Numbered from the stretch's first letter, positions 7,790 to 17,677 are shown. The stretch: DNA of 64,000 nucleotides from a bacterium (GCA_024226315.1 JAAELT010000170.1:2415-66414); one strand, 5' to 3'. Numbers and translations: made by a program. The notes: a model not told the origin generated them from the letters alone.

Positions 7790-10705
7790 ATGAGCGCCAT
7801 CTTCATCAGCCACAGCAGCCGCGACAACGAAGTCGCCGCGGAGGTCCGCGACCGCATGGCGGCACAGGGCCACCGCTCGGTTTTCCTCGACTTCGATCCC
7901 GCCGACGGCATCCCCGCGGGCCGCAGCTGGGAGCAGGAGCTCTACGCCCGGCTCAAGGTCTGCCGGGCGATCCTGGTGCTGTGCAGCGAGCACTCGATGG
8001 CCTCGGACTGGTGCTTCGCCGAGATCACCCATGCCAAGTCGATGGGCAAATACGTGATCCCGATCAAGGTGGCGCCCTGCGAGATCCGGTCGCTGCTGAG
8101 CGAGTTCCAGATCCTCGACCTGACCGCCGACCCCGAGGACGCCTACACGCGGCTGTGGCGCGGTCTCGAGATCGCCGGGCTGGATCCGAAGAACATGTTC
8201 GACTGGGACGGCAGCCGGCCGCCCTACCCGGGACTGCTGGCCTTCCAGGAGAAAGACGCGGCGATCTTTTTCGGCCGCGACAGCGAAACCCGCGAGGGGC
8301 TGTCGCTGTTGCGCCGCGTCGAGCGCTTCGGCGGCGCCCGCTGGACGCTGGTGCTGGGCTCCTCGGGCAGCGGCAAGTCGTCGCTGGTACGCGCCGGCCT
8401 GGCGCCGCGGCTGAAGCGGGACCCGGATTCATGGATCGTGACCCGGCCGTTCCGGCCGCTCGAAGAGCCGTTCGTGGAGCTGGCGCGGGTGCTGGCCGAG
8501 GCCTTCCAGCTCGAGCGCGCGCCGCGCGACGAGAGCGAGACCCAGCGCGTGCTCTATCCGCCGACCGGCGTCACCAAGGGCGCGACGCTGAACCAGATGG
8601 CGGACGAGCTGCGCCTCGCCGCCGGACGCCCCGAGGCACGTGTGCTGCTCTTGGTCGACCAGCTCGAGGAAGTGCTCAGGCGCGACACCGGGCCGCAGGC
8701 CCAACGGTTTCTGGGTTTCCTGCGCGCGGCAACCGAGGAGAAGAACAGCCCGGTACGGGTGCTCGCCACTCTGCGCTCGGACTTCCTCGGCGACTTCCAG
8801 GCCCACCAGTCACTGCGCGACCTCGCTTTCGAGACCCTCAACGTCGGCCCGATGTCGGTCGAGGGCTTCGCCGAGGTGATCGAGGGGCCGGCGGAGCTTG
8901 CGGGAATCGAGCTGGGGTCGGGCCTGGTGCAGGCGATGGTCGAGGACACCGAGACCGAGGACGCCCTGCCGCTGCTCGCCTTCACCCTGCGCGAGCTGTG
9001 GGAGGGCTACGGCCAGGACTCCCGGCTGGACGTCGACGAGTACCGCGACAAGCTCGGCGGGCTCCACGGAGCCGTCGCCCTGGCGGCCGAGTCGGTGCAC
9101 GGTTCGCGCAAGCTCTCGGAAAAAGAGGAGACCGATCTGCGGACCGCCTTCCTGGGGATGGTACGCATCAACGAAGACGGACAGTACGTCCGCCGGCAGG
9201 CCGCACGTTCGAGGCTGCCGCGCAGCGTGCAGGATCTCCTGGATCGCTTCGTCGAGGGGCGGCTGCTGGTGGCGCGCGGCGACGAGTACGAGAGCCGGCT
9301 GGAGGTGGCGCACGAGGCGCTGCTGCGCTCCTGGGACCGCCTGGTGGCCTGGCTCGAGGAAGACCGGGCCTTTCTGCTGTGGCGACGGCGCGTCGAGGAA
9401 TCCCGCCGGGAATGGGAGCGCACCGAGAACCACCGGGACGCGCTGCTGCGCGGCCCGGCGCTGAAAGAAGCCGAGGGTTGGATGGGCATGCGCGACGATC
9501 TGCTGACCGGCGAGCAGCGCACCTACCTGCGGGCCAGCCTGGGCGCCGCTCGCCGCCGCCGGCGCCTGATGGTCGCGCTGGTCGCCGTGGCGATGCTGAT
9601 CCTGGCGGCGATCGCCTGCTGGGCCCACCTCCAGCGTTTGCTGGCCGACAAGGTTCGAGCCTTCTCGCACGACGTCACCATCCTCGCCCACGCGCGCAAC
9701 CTCACCGCCGACGACGCGCCGGGGTCACCAGATCGGCGTCGAGACGCAGCTGCCAAGGGCGCCACGATGCTGCTGCAGCTCAACCATCCGGAGCTCTACG
9801 TCCACAGCCTGGATCTCGAGCAGCTGGAGGAGGACGATCGTTTGCTCAGCCAGAGCCCGGACTCAATGCTGGTGGTGACCAGGGCGGCCGACGGAGGCGA
9901 CATCGAGATCCGATGGGCCTACGACGGCCGCCGGTCCGTGCGCCTGCCGCACGATTCCCGGGTCTACGAGGCGGCGGTCGAGGGGCCGCCCACCGGAGGT
10001 CTCGCCGAGATGCGGGCCTTCATCGAGGACGCCAAGCGCCGCCGGCACGCCCTGACAGCGGCCGAAGATGACGTCGTGAGGCTGTGGTCGCTGCCGGACA
10101 TCGAGTCGCTGATCGTCGACATGCTCGATGCCAAACTGCCGGCGGCGGCGCCACGCGACGCCGGGGCGCGCGAGCCGAAGCTGCTGGTCGAGTTCGACGG
10201 CCACCAGAGCGAGGTGACGCACATGGCCTTCAGCCGCGACGGCCGCTACGCCGTGACCACCAGCGGCAGCGAGGTCGCCGTCTGGCACACCGGCTCGGGC
10301 AGCGAACCGCTGATCGTGGCCGGCCACCGGGACGACGTCACCGCCGCCGCCTTCAGCCCGGACAGCCGGCGGCTGGTCACGGCGGACGCCGACGGAGACG
10401 TCTTGATCCGGGACTTGAAGGATCTGTTCGCACCGCCTGTCACCTGCGACGGCAAACGCCCAGACCTCGTCTCCGCCACCTTCAGCCCCGACGGCACCAT
10501 CGTCCTGACGCTGTCGAGCGACGGCCAGGTGTGGAAGTGCTCAGCGGCCGACGGCACCGCCTCGAAAACCGCGAAGGCGGACTGTGAGGAGGCTCTCGAG
10601 ATCGCATTCGTCGACGTCGACGGCAACTCCAGCGTCGCCTGCGCCGACGGCAGCGCCCGCCTGTTCAACGTCGCGGATGGCGACGAAATGCACGTTCTGC
10701 GGTAG
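7790..10705 (+). CDS. TIR domain - NB-ARC/STAND P-loop NTPase - transmembrane helix - WD40 repeat protein (candidate antiphage/immune sensor)
   Basis: Residues 1-140 have TIR motifs (IFISHSSRDNEVA, ILVLCSEHSMASDWCFAEI with the conserved Glu). FFGRDSETREGLSLL followed by LVLGSSGSGKSSLVRAGL gives an NB-ARC-like GRE motif plus Walker A at about aa 190. Residues 592-614 (RRRRRLMVALVAVAMLILAAIACWAHL) form a hydrophobic helix. The C-terminal 170 aa carry WD40-like repeats (HQSEVTHMAFSRDGRYAVTTSGSEVAVWH, GHRDDVTAAAFSPDSRRLVTADADGDVLIRD). Confidence 0.85.
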   Translation: MSAIFISHSSRDNEVAAEVRDRMAAQGHRSVFLDFDPADGIPAGRSWEQELYARLKVCRAILVLCSEHSMASDWCFAEITHAKSMGKYVIPIKVAPCEIRSLLSEFQILDLTADPEDAYTRLWRGLEIAGLDPKNMFDWDGSRPPYPGLLAFQEKDAAIFFGRDSETREGLSLLRRVERFGGARWTLVLGSSGSGKSSLVRAGLAPRLKRDPDSWIVTRPFRPLEEPFVELARVLAEAFQLERAPRDESETQRVLYPPTGVTKGATLNQMADELRLAAGRPEARVLLLVDQLEEVLRRDTGPQAQRFLGFLRAATEEKNSPVRVLATLRSDFLGDFQAHQSLRDLAFETLNVGPMSVEGFAEVIEGPAELAGIELGSGLVQAMVEDTETEDALPLLAFTLRELWEGYGQDSRLDVDEYRDKLGGLHGAVALAAESVHGSRKLSEKEETDLRTAFLGMVRINEDGQYVRRQAARSRLPRSVQDLLDRFVEGRLLVARGDEYESRLEVAHEALLRSWDRLVAWLEEDRAFLLWRRRVEESRREWERTENHRDALLRGPALKEAEGWMGMRDDLLTGEQRTYLRASLGAARRRRRLMVALVAVAMLILAAIACWAHLQRLLADKVRAFSHDVTILAHARNLTADDAPGSPDRRRDAAAKGATMLLQLNHPELYVHSLDLEQLEEDDRLLSQSPDSMLVVTRAADGGDIEIRWAYDGRRSVRLPHDSRVYEAAVEGPPTGGLAEMRAFIEDAKRRRHALTAAEDDVVRLWSLPDIESLIVDMLDAKLPAAAPRDAGAREPKLLVEFDGHQSEVTHMAFSRDGRYAVTTSGSEVAVWHTGSGSEPLIVAGHRDDVTAAAFSPDSRRLVTADADGDVLIRDLKDLFAPPVTCDGKRPDLVSATFSPDGTIVLTLSSDGQVWKCSAADGTASKTAKADCEEALEIAFVDVDGNSSVACADGSARLFNVADGDEMHVLR

Positions 10706-10725
10706 CCCCCGGCCGGTCTCCACAG

Positions 10726-11385
10726 ATGCTCGACAGTCTCGTTCCCGCTCTCGGCTTCGGCTTCATCGCCGGCATCATGCCGGGCCCACTGCAGTCGTTC
10801 CTGCTGCTCCAGACCCTGCGTCACGGGCCACGGGGCGGGGCCTGGATCCTACCCGCGCCGCTACTGAGCGACGGTCCGATCATCGTCGTCTGCCTGGCCG
10901 TGCTGAGCCAGGCTGGATCCGGTCTGCTGCGCGGCCTGGCTCTGTGCGGTGGTTTGTTCCTGATCTATCTGGCATGGGAGAGCTGGCGCGCGCTGCGCGC
11001 CGACGGCGCCCGGCCCGACGCGCGGTCCGCCGACGAGCAGATCTCCGCCACCTCGGCGGGTCACTCTGGCCGGGCGCTGCTGGTCCGCGCGGCGCTGATC
11101 AACGGGCTCGGCCCGGGACCGTGGATCTTCTGGGGTACTGTCATGGGACCGCTCCTGATTCAGCAGTGGCGACTCTCGCCAGGCCGCGGCCTGGCCTTCC
11201 TCGGCGGTTTCTACGGCACCCTGATCGCCCTGCTCGCCCTGCAGCTGGCGCTCTTCACCTTCGCCCGGCGCCTGGGCCCGCGGATCGCCCGCGGCGGCTC
11301 CTGGCTCGGCCGGGCGCTGCTGCTCGTGTTCGCCGCTCTCCTGATCCTCTACGGCCTGGGCGCGATCGACCGCTTCGGGCTCTGA
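10726..11385 (+). CDS. LysE/RhtB family amino-acid exporter
   Basis: The 219-aa product has six hydrophobic segments and LysE-translocator-like N- and C-terminal motifs. Confidence 0.75.
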   Translation: MLDSLVPALGFGFIAGIMPGPLQSFLLLQTLRHGPRGGAWILPAPLLSDGPIIVVCLAVLSQAGSGLLRGLALCGGLFLIYLAWESWRALRADGARPDARSADEQISATSAGHSGRALLVRAALINGLGPGPWIFWGTVMGPLLIQQWRLSPGRGLAFLGGFYGTLIALLALQLALFTFARRLGPRIARGGSWLGRALLLVFAALLILYGLGAIDRFGL

Positions 11386-11402
11386 GCCTCGCCGATCATT
11401 GA

Positions 11403-13409
11403 TCACGGCATCCAGGCGCTGGTGTCCCCGCTTTCGAAACCATCGGCGAAGATCGACCCGTTCAGCTCGATCGACCGGGCGAAGATATCCAGGTCGCCGT
11501 TCACGGTCGCCGGATACACCGCCACGACCTTGTCCCCCGCCACCGCCAGGCCGACAAAATCGCCCAGAAACTGTTCGAAGCCGAAATCCTCGGTGCCGGC
11601 ACTGGTGAACGAGACCGGAGTCAGGCGAACCTCCGTCCAGCTGTCCCCGCGGTCCGAGCTGGTCGCGTAGTAGACGTCGACGAAGCCCGCTTCGACATCA
11701 TCGAGCTGCGGCGTGTTGCGGGTATCGAAGAACATCAAATGCAGGCGACCGTCCGTGTCGACCTCGAGCCAGGGAAAGAACTGGTCGCCTGGAGGACTCG
11801 AGTCGCCGTGAATCACCCGCGGCACCTCCCAGGTATCTCCCTGGTCGCTCGAGCGCGTGAAATAGGTATCGACGTTGGCCTGGCCCTCGACAACCTCGGT
11901 CGTGTCGAAGTAGACGCAATAGAGAACGCCGTCGATCGGATCCACCGCCAGGTAGGTCAGCGCGGCGGCTCGGAAACGGCCGGGGAAACGGGAGCCGTCC
12001 TGGGCGTCCCAGAAGTCCAGCCGCTGGGCGATCGTGATCGGATCACTGACGGTAGCGCCGCCGTCGAGGCTGCGTTGAAGCATCACGCCGTCCTCGAAGT
12101 CCCAATAGGCGATGTAGAGCTCGCCACCCGGGCCGACACGCGGCAGATAGCCGACGCCGAAGTCCAGCGGCAGAATGCCGGACCAGGTAGCGCCGAGGTC
12201 GGCGGAGGCCTGGAGCCCGAGATTGTAGGTGACGTAGAGCCGCGTGGCAGATGGATCGCCCGGAGCCGGTCCGGCCGCCATCCACCCCTTGTCCAGCAGG
12301 TTCTCCTGGTGGACGAACACCACCGGGTCGAAGACGGCTGCACCGGGCGCTTTGCGGGCGACGTAGATGTTGCCCGGTGAGCCGAAGGTGATGGCGCCTG
12401 CCCACATGAAGCCGGTCCGCGGGTCGTAGGCGGTCATCGGATCGGCTTCGTAGCTCGTCACCGGCGCACCTGGTGGACGCAGCAAGAAGTCCGTCCAGGT
12501 CTCGCCACCGTCGAGGCTCACGCCGACGCCCAGACTCCAGGCGCCGACTCCTCCACCGTCACGTAGATCGTTCCAGGCCGCGACGACTTCGGCGCTCGAG
12601 CCGGCGCCCCTCGAACCTCCGTCCGATGCCACCACCGAGGTCTCCGCCGAGTGGCTGGTGCCGCTCCCGGCATCGACGCGGACCCTCGGTCCAACTACGA
12701 TGCCCGCGCTGCCGCGCTCGATCGAATGGGTCGGGCCCCGCGTCATCGCCCGCGGCGGTCCGCCGGATTCCAGAATCGGCCGCAGCGCCACCGGGACGGC
12801 TCCCCCCTGGGCTTCCGCCGCCTCCAGGTGGCGCAGCGCCGCGTCCCGGTCGCCCAGGTAGTGGTAGCCCACGGCCAGCCGAGCGTGCGCGGCACCGTGG
12901 GCCGGATCGAGCGCCAGGACGTCCTGCCATCGATCGATCGCCTCGGTCCGCCGGCCGAGCCGTTCCAGGGTGCGCGCCAGGCCCACCCGGGCCCCGAGAC
13001 CATAGGGATCGAGCCGCAGGGCCTGTCGAAACGACGCCAGGGCCTGCTCGGACCTGCCCAGGGTACGCAACGTCCTTGCCACATGCTCCCAGGCCTCCGG
13101 CAGGTCCGAGGCCGCGTTCACCGCCCGGACGAACTGCTCGAGCGCCGCGATCCGGCGCCCGGAGTCGAGCTCGGCCCGACCCTGTTCCAGCAACACCAGG
13201 GCAAGCCGGCGGTCGCCGTGCACCACCGGTGGCGGCAAAACTTCGCCGCGCGGCAGATCTTCGAGGATTTCCGCCACTCGGGCCGCGCGTGGCTGAGCAG
13301 GACCGAGGACGCCGGTCGGATCCGAGGCCGGCTGCTTCGATCCGGCCGCGAGCGAGCAACCGGCGAGGAGCAACGAGATCACCAGGAGCACGGCGAGCGA
13401 GGGAGACAT
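11403..13409 (-). CDS. lipoprotein with N-terminal TPR repeats and C-terminal BNR/Asp-box (sialidase-like) beta-propeller repeats
   Basis: The start carries the lipobox LLAGCS. The N-terminal third has TPR-like helices. Asp-box SxDxGxTW motifs recur (SLDGGETW, SSDQGDTW, SSDRGDSW). Confidence 0.75.
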   Translation of the reverse strand: MSPSLAVLLVISLLLAGCSLAAGSKQPASDPTGVLGPAQPRAARVAEILEDLPRGEVLPPPVVHGDRRLALVLLEQGRAELDSGRRIAALEQFVRAVNAASDLPEAWEHVARTLRTLGRSEQALASFRQALRLDPYGLGARVGLARTLERLGRRTEAIDRWQDVLALDPAHGAAHARLAVGYHYLGDRDAALRHLEAAEAQGGAVPVALRPILESGGPPRAMTRGPTHSIERGSAGIVVGPRVRVDAGSGTSHSAETSVVASDGGSRGAGSSAEVVAAWNDLRDGGGVGAWSLGVGVSLDGGETWTDFLLRPPGAPVTSYEADPMTAYDPRTGFMWAGAITFGSPGNIYVARKAPGAAVFDPVVFVHQENLLDKGWMAAGPAPGDPSATRLYVTYNLGLQASADLGATWSGILPLDFGVGYLPRVGPGGELYIAYWDFEDGVMLQRSLDGGATVSDPITIAQRLDFWDAQDGSRFPGRFRAAALTYLAVDPIDGVLYCVYFDTTEVVEGQANVDTYFTRSSDQGDTWEVPRVIHGDSSPPGDQFFPWLEVDTDGRLHLMFFDTRNTPQLDDVEAGFVDVYYATSSDRGDSWTEVRLTPVSFTSAGTEDFGFEQFLGDFVGLAVAGDKVVAVYPATVNGDLDIFARSIELNGSIFADGFESGDTSAWMP

Positions 13410-13593
13410 GAATCCGATAATGCTACGAAAGCATGTCTACGTCAACACCCAACCGTCTCGTTCTATGAGCCGTGCCGTCTTCCTGGCTCAGACCTCGAGG
13501 ACGTCGATCTGCCCGATCGCCCACTCGGTCAACGCCTTCAGCTTCGGATCCTCGCTTCTCAGCAGCCGTCGCAGCTCGGGCAGGGCGTCGGGC

Positions 13594-13827
13594 GGCACCA
13601 TCACCCTGCGTCTGGGAAGCGACAACGGCCACCGCTGGGTCGCGGTCGAGGATTCCGGCGACGGCATCTCTCCGGAAGCGCGCGCCCAACTCACGTCGTT
13701 CTTCACCACCAAGGAGAACGGCCGCGGCCTCGGCTTGACGGTGGTCAAGGAGGTCCTGAGCCGTCACGGCTTCGCCTTCTCGCTCGAGAACGCGGAGACC
13801 GGCGGCGCGCGCTTCCGAATCGAGATG
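13594..13827 (+). pseudogene. histidine-kinase HATPase_c fragment (gene remnant lacking HisKA/N-box)
   Basis: The segment GTITLRLGSDNGHRWVAVEDSGDGISPEARAQLTSFFTTKENGRGLGLTVVKEVLSRHGFAFSLENAETGGARFRIEM contains the G1 and G2 boxes and the C-terminal end of a histidine kinase. No HisKA domain or start lies upstream. It is in frame with, but upstream of, the signal peptide of the next gene. Confidence 0.45.
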
Positions 13828-13878
13828 TCACCGCCAAGCTCCGATATGATGGCTGTCCATACCTCGAAGGAGACCTCA

Positions 13879-15030
13879 ATGCGCCGAACCGTCGCGCCGG
13901 TGGCGCGCAAACGTAACACCGCGCCGGAGGCGCGCCGACGAAACATCGTCCTGCCACTTGTCATGGTCGTGGCTCTCGCCGCGCCCGCCGTGGCGCAGCC
14001 CGAAGACTCACCACCGCTGAGCGACGAACCGGTGCTCGACATCGACTTCGAGGAGCTGGTCGAGGTCTCCGAGGTTCTGATCGACGTCCTGGCGACCGAC
14101 GAGGAGGGTCAGGTCATCGAGGGGCTCGGCAAGGACGACTTCATCATCGAGGAGGACGGCCAGCCGGTGGAGTTGACCAGCGTCAGCTACTACACCACCC
14201 GCTACGGCGAAGACGCAGCCGAGGACGAGGTTCCCGCGAGCCGCTACTTCGTCTTCTTCTTCCACAACCAGTGGCAGCTCGGCCACTTCGGCGGCGACCT
14301 GACGCGTCAACAACTGCGGGCCGGCCTGCAGAGTCGGCGCTGGCTGGAGGAGGAGATGCTGCCGTCGGATTGGGTGGCGGTGGTCAGCTTTGGCGGCAAG
14401 CTCAAGCTCCACCAGGACTTCACCCAGGACAGGGAAGCCCTGGAGAAGGCCTTCAAGAGCGCCGCCTCGGGCAGGAAGCCCGCCAGCGACGCGCCCCTCC
14501 GTCGCCGCTCACCGGGCTCGTTCGAGCTCTCTCTGCTCAGCCGTATGCCCAAGGGCCGCGAGCTGCGCGATCGGGTGAACAACGTCTATCAGGCACTCGA
14601 GGTGGTGGCCGAGGCGTGCGGCTACGTCATCGGCCGCAAGAACCTGTTGATGTTCACGATCGGTTTCGGCCGCGAGGTTCGCTTCGGTGACGCCGAGCCG
14701 GATCCCCGCTACTACCCCCAGCTCGAGACGGCGCTCAACGATCACAATGTCGCGGTCTACCCGATCGATACCTCGCCCGCCGGCCGCGGCACGCGGCAGA
14801 CCGACTTCCTGACCCAGCTGGCCGAGGACACCGGCGGCTCGTACTTCGAGGACTTCGTCGGCTTCCTCCACCCGCTGCGCGACGTCAGCGGCGACAGCTA
14901 CGCCTACTACGTGCTCAGCTACCAGAGCGAGCACCCCGCCGGCGAGATCGGCTACCAGCGCATCGAGGTCACGGCGCGCGACGAGAGCGTGCTGGTGCGC
15001 ACGCGCAGGGGGTATCGATACGGGCTCTGA
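13879..15030 (+). CDS. secreted VWFA-related acidobacterial-domain protein (degenerate VWA)
   Basis: It has its own signal peptide (MRRTVAPVARK...IVLPLVMVVALAAPAVAQP). The motif DEEGQVIEGLGKDDFIIEEDGQPVELTSV matches the N-terminal signature of the TIGR03436-like family as I remember it. The rest of the 13408-15030 ORF upstream is the kinase remnant. Confidence 0.5.
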   Translation: MRRTVAPVARKRNTAPEARRRNIVLPLVMVVALAAPAVAQPEDSPPLSDEPVLDIDFEELVEVSEVLIDVLATDEEGQVIEGLGKDDFIIEEDGQPVELTSVSYYTTRYGEDAAEDEVPASRYFVFFFHNQWQLGHFGGDLTRQQLRAGLQSRRWLEEEMLPSDWVAVVSFGGKLKLHQDFTQDREALEKAFKSAASGRKPASDAPLRRRSPGSFELSLLSRMPKGRELRDRVNNVYQALEVVAEACGYVIGRKNLLMFTIGFGREVRFGDAEPDPRYYPQLETALNDHNVAVYPIDTSPAGRGTRQTDFLTQLAEDTGGSYFEDFVGFLHPLRDVSGDSYAYYVLSYQSEHPAGEIGYQRIEVTARDESVLVRTRRGYRYGL

Positions 15031-15042
15031 GGCGCCGACGCC

Positions 15043-16467
15043 TCAATAAGCGTTGTGCCAGATGCCGCTACGCAGGGTCATCCAGATGATCTTGAAGTCG
15101 AGCGACAGCGACCAGTTCTGGATGTAGTACAGGTCGTACTGGATGCGCTTGCGGATCGAGGTGTTGCCGCGCCAGCCGTGGACCTGGGCCCAGCCGGTAA
15201 TGCCTGACTTCACCCGGTGACGCAGCATGTAGTCCGGGATCTTGTGCTTGAACTCGTGCACGAAGGTCGGTCGCTCGGGGCGCGGGCCGACCAGCGACAT
15301 GTCGCCCCTGAGCACGTTCCACAACTGCGGCAGCTCGTCGATCGACCAGGCGCGCAGGAATTCGCCGACGCGGGTACGGCGGGAATCGCCGCGGCGCGCC
15401 CATACCGGACCGGTGGCCGACTCGGCGTCGACCCGCATCGAGCGGAACTTCCAGATCATGAACGACTTGCCGTCCAGTCCCATGCGCTCCTGGCGGTAGA
15501 AGATCGGACCGCGGTCCTCCCACCAGATCAGCAGCGCCAGCACCGGCAGGAAGGGCAGCAAGGCGACGAGCGCCGCCGCCGCGATGGCGAAGTCGATGGC
15601 CCGCTTGGCCAGGCTGCTCCAACCCTGGAGCGGCACCTGCGACAGGTTGATCACCGGCATGCCGTCGAGATCCTCGAGGCTCGACTTCAGGGTGGCATAT
15701 TGCAGGATGTCAGGCACCAGCTTGACTTCGACGCAGGCCCGCCCGACGTCGCTCAGCACCTGCATCATCTTGCGGTACGCCTCGAGCGGCAGGGCGACGT
15801 AGACGTGGTCGATCCGGCGCTCTTCGATGACACGCTCGACGTCCTTGAGGTTGCCGAGAACCGGCACTTCCAAGAAGCGGCGTCCGGTCTTGCCAGGATC
15901 GTCGTCGAGAAAACCCACGACCTCCAGACCGAGCTCACGGTGGGCCTGCAGCTTGTAGGTGATCTCCTTGCCCAGCTTGCCCGCGCCCACCACCAGGATG
16001 CGCTGCAGGTTGTAGCCCTTGACCCGCAACCGCTGGAGGATCTCCCGCGTGATCACGCGCGTGGCCAGCACCAGGAGGAAATCGAGTGCCACGAAGATGC
16101 CGGTGAAGGCACGGCTGTAGGTGAACGGCTCGGTGCCGCCGGCCAGCGTCGGCCGGAACCAGGCCAGCAGCGCTGAGAGCACGAACGTGGCGACCACCGC
16201 CGCCAGCAGGATGGTCAGCGCGTCGTCCACGCGGCTGCGGTCTCGGCGGCTCTGGTAGAGGCCGTGAAAGTAGAAGACGATCGGCCAGATGATCAGCACG
16301 ACGGGCAGCAGGACCAGGTAAAGCCCGATGTCGGGCACGCCCTTGGTCAGCGCCGGCACTTCGAGCTCGAAACGCACGAACCAGGCGAGCAGGAAGGCTG
16401 CCAGAGTGGCGAGCAGATCACCGGCGAGATAGATGGCTACCGTGCTGCGGCGGCGCTTCTGGATCAT
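15043..16467 (-). CDS. polyprenyl glycosylphosphotransferase (undecaprenyl-phosphate sugar transferase, WcaJ/EpsB-like)
   Basis: It has N-terminal TM helices, a Rossmann-like linker and the C-terminal sugar-transferase motifs IWKFRSM and LPQLWNVLRGDMSLVGPRP. It overlaps the upstream glycosyltransferase by 4 bp. Confidence 0.85.
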   Translation of the reverse strand: MIQKRRRSTVAIYLAGDLLATLAAFLLAWFVRFELEVPALTKGVPDIGLYLVLLPVVLIIWPIVFYFHGLYQSRRDRSRVDDALTILLAAVVATFVLSALLAWFRPTLAGGTEPFTYSRAFTGIFVALDFLLVLATRVITREILQRLRVKGYNLQRILVVGAGKLGKEITYKLQAHRELGLEVVGFLDDDPGKTGRRFLEVPVLGNLKDVERVIEERRIDHVYVALPLEAYRKMMQVLSDVGRACVEVKLVPDILQYATLKSSLEDLDGMPVINLSQVPLQGWSSLAKRAIDFAIAAAALVALLPFLPVLALLIWWEDRGPIFYRQERMGLDGKSFMIWKFRSMRVDAESATGPVWARRGDSRRTRVGEFLRAWSIDELPQLWNVLRGDMSLVGPRPERPTFVHEFKHKIPDYMLRHRVKSGITGWAQVHGWRGNTSIRKRIQYDLYYIQNWSLSLDFKIIWMTLRSGIWHNAY

Positions 16468-17675
16468 CGGCTAGAGGTCTCCCGAGAGTTCCGGCCAGGG
16501 GTGGCACCTTCCGAGCCCGGTGATCGGTCCGGCTCCACGAGGTGCTCGGACAGGGTGGAGAGAATTCGCTGGGTGAAGCGCTGAGCAGAGAATGACCGGG
16601 CGCGGTCTTTCAGTTTCAATTTATTGAACCTCATATTCCGAGATTTGTCAATCGCCGCCGCCAGCGCGGTTGTCTCTGCTTCCGCCTCGCCGCCGGGTGG
16701 CAGCTCGTAGAGCACGCCGTGCTGCTCGTTCTCGACGATGTCCAGAATGCCGCCGCGCCCCGCGGCCACCACCGGAGTGCCACAGGCCAGGGCCTCGACC
16801 GACGAGATGCCGAAGTCTTCGACGCCGGGTTGCAGGAACATGCGCGCGCCGCGCAGTTGGCGCCTGAGATCATCGTCGCTCACCCGCCCGAGAAAACGGG
16901 TGTGAGCGCCGGTGAGGCGCTCCAGCCGGCGACGTTCGGGACCGCTGCCGATCAACCGGAGCTCGAGACCGAGCCTCTCGCAAGCGGCGATCGCCAGCTC
17001 GACACGTTTGTAGGGGGCGAGCGCCGTGACCACCAGGCAATAGTCGCCGGTCTCCCCGCCCGCGTCGTCGTCTTCGTCCAGGAAGAAGTCGACGTCCACC
17101 GGCGGCGGCACGACCTCGGCCTCACGGCCGTAGTAGCGGCCGATGCGGCCGGCCACGAAACGCGAGTTGGCGACGAAGCAGTCGACCCGCGGAACCGCGG
17201 CGGCGTCCCACGCCCGCAGCCGGGAGAGCACCAGCTGGCGCAGCCTGGCGACCAGGCCACGGCGGCGGGGGAAGTAGGTGTGCTCCTGATCCCAGGCGTA
17301 GCGCATCGGCGTGTGGCAGTAACACAGGTGGTATGCGTCCGGTGCCGGGATCACGCCTTTGGCCACGCAGTGGCTGGTACTCAGGATCAGATCGTAGGCG
17401 CCGAGGTCGAAGTCCTCGATGGCGCTCGGGAACAGCGGCAGGTAGTGACGGTAGTGGCGCCTGACGCCGGGTGCCCGCTGCAGGTAGCTGGTGTGGATCG
17501 GGTGGCTCTCGAGCGCATCGCTGACGCTGCCCGGCAGGTGAATCAAGGTGTAGATCGGCGCGTCCGGAAACAGCTCGGCGATCGCCTCGAGCACCTTCTC
17601 GCCGCCGCGCATGCCGGTTAGCCAATCATGCACCAGGGCGACACGGCGGTCCGCCAACGACTCGGGTAGAGGCAT
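16464..17675 (-). CDS. glycosyltransferase family 4
   Basis: The real start is MPLPESLADRRVALVHDWLTGMRGGEKVLE (ATG at 17673-17675). The upstream 152 codons of the track ORF are an Arg/Gly-rich artefact overlapping the next gene. The C-terminus has the GT4 EDFGISSVEALACGTPVV motif. Confidence 0.8.
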   Translation of the reverse strand: MPLPESLADRRVALVHDWLTGMRGGEKVLEAIAELFPDAPIYTLIHLPGSVSDALESHPIHTSYLQRAPGVRRHYRHYLPLFPSAIEDFDLGAYDLILSTSHCVAKGVIPAPDAYHLCYCHTPMRYAWDQEHTYFPRRRGLVARLRQLVLSRLRAWDAAAVPRVDCFVANSRFVAGRIGRYYGREAEVVPPPVDVDFFLDEDDDAGGETGDYCLVVTALAPYKRVELAIAACERLGLELRLIGSGPERRRLERLTGAHTRFLGRVSDDDLRRQLRGARMFLQPGVEDFGISSVEALACGTPVVAAGRGGILDIVENEQHGVLYELPPGGEAEAETTALAAAIDKSRNMRFNKLKLKDRARSFSAQRFTQRILSTLSEHLVEPDRSPGSEGATPGRNSRETSSR

Positions 17676-17677
17676 CC

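Noticed and set aside
13408-13878. Treating 13408-15030 as one 540-aa protein
   Set aside because: The first part contains only half of a kinase ATPase domain, followed by a typical signal peptide in mid-protein. It is better explained as a gene remnant plus a separate secreted protein.
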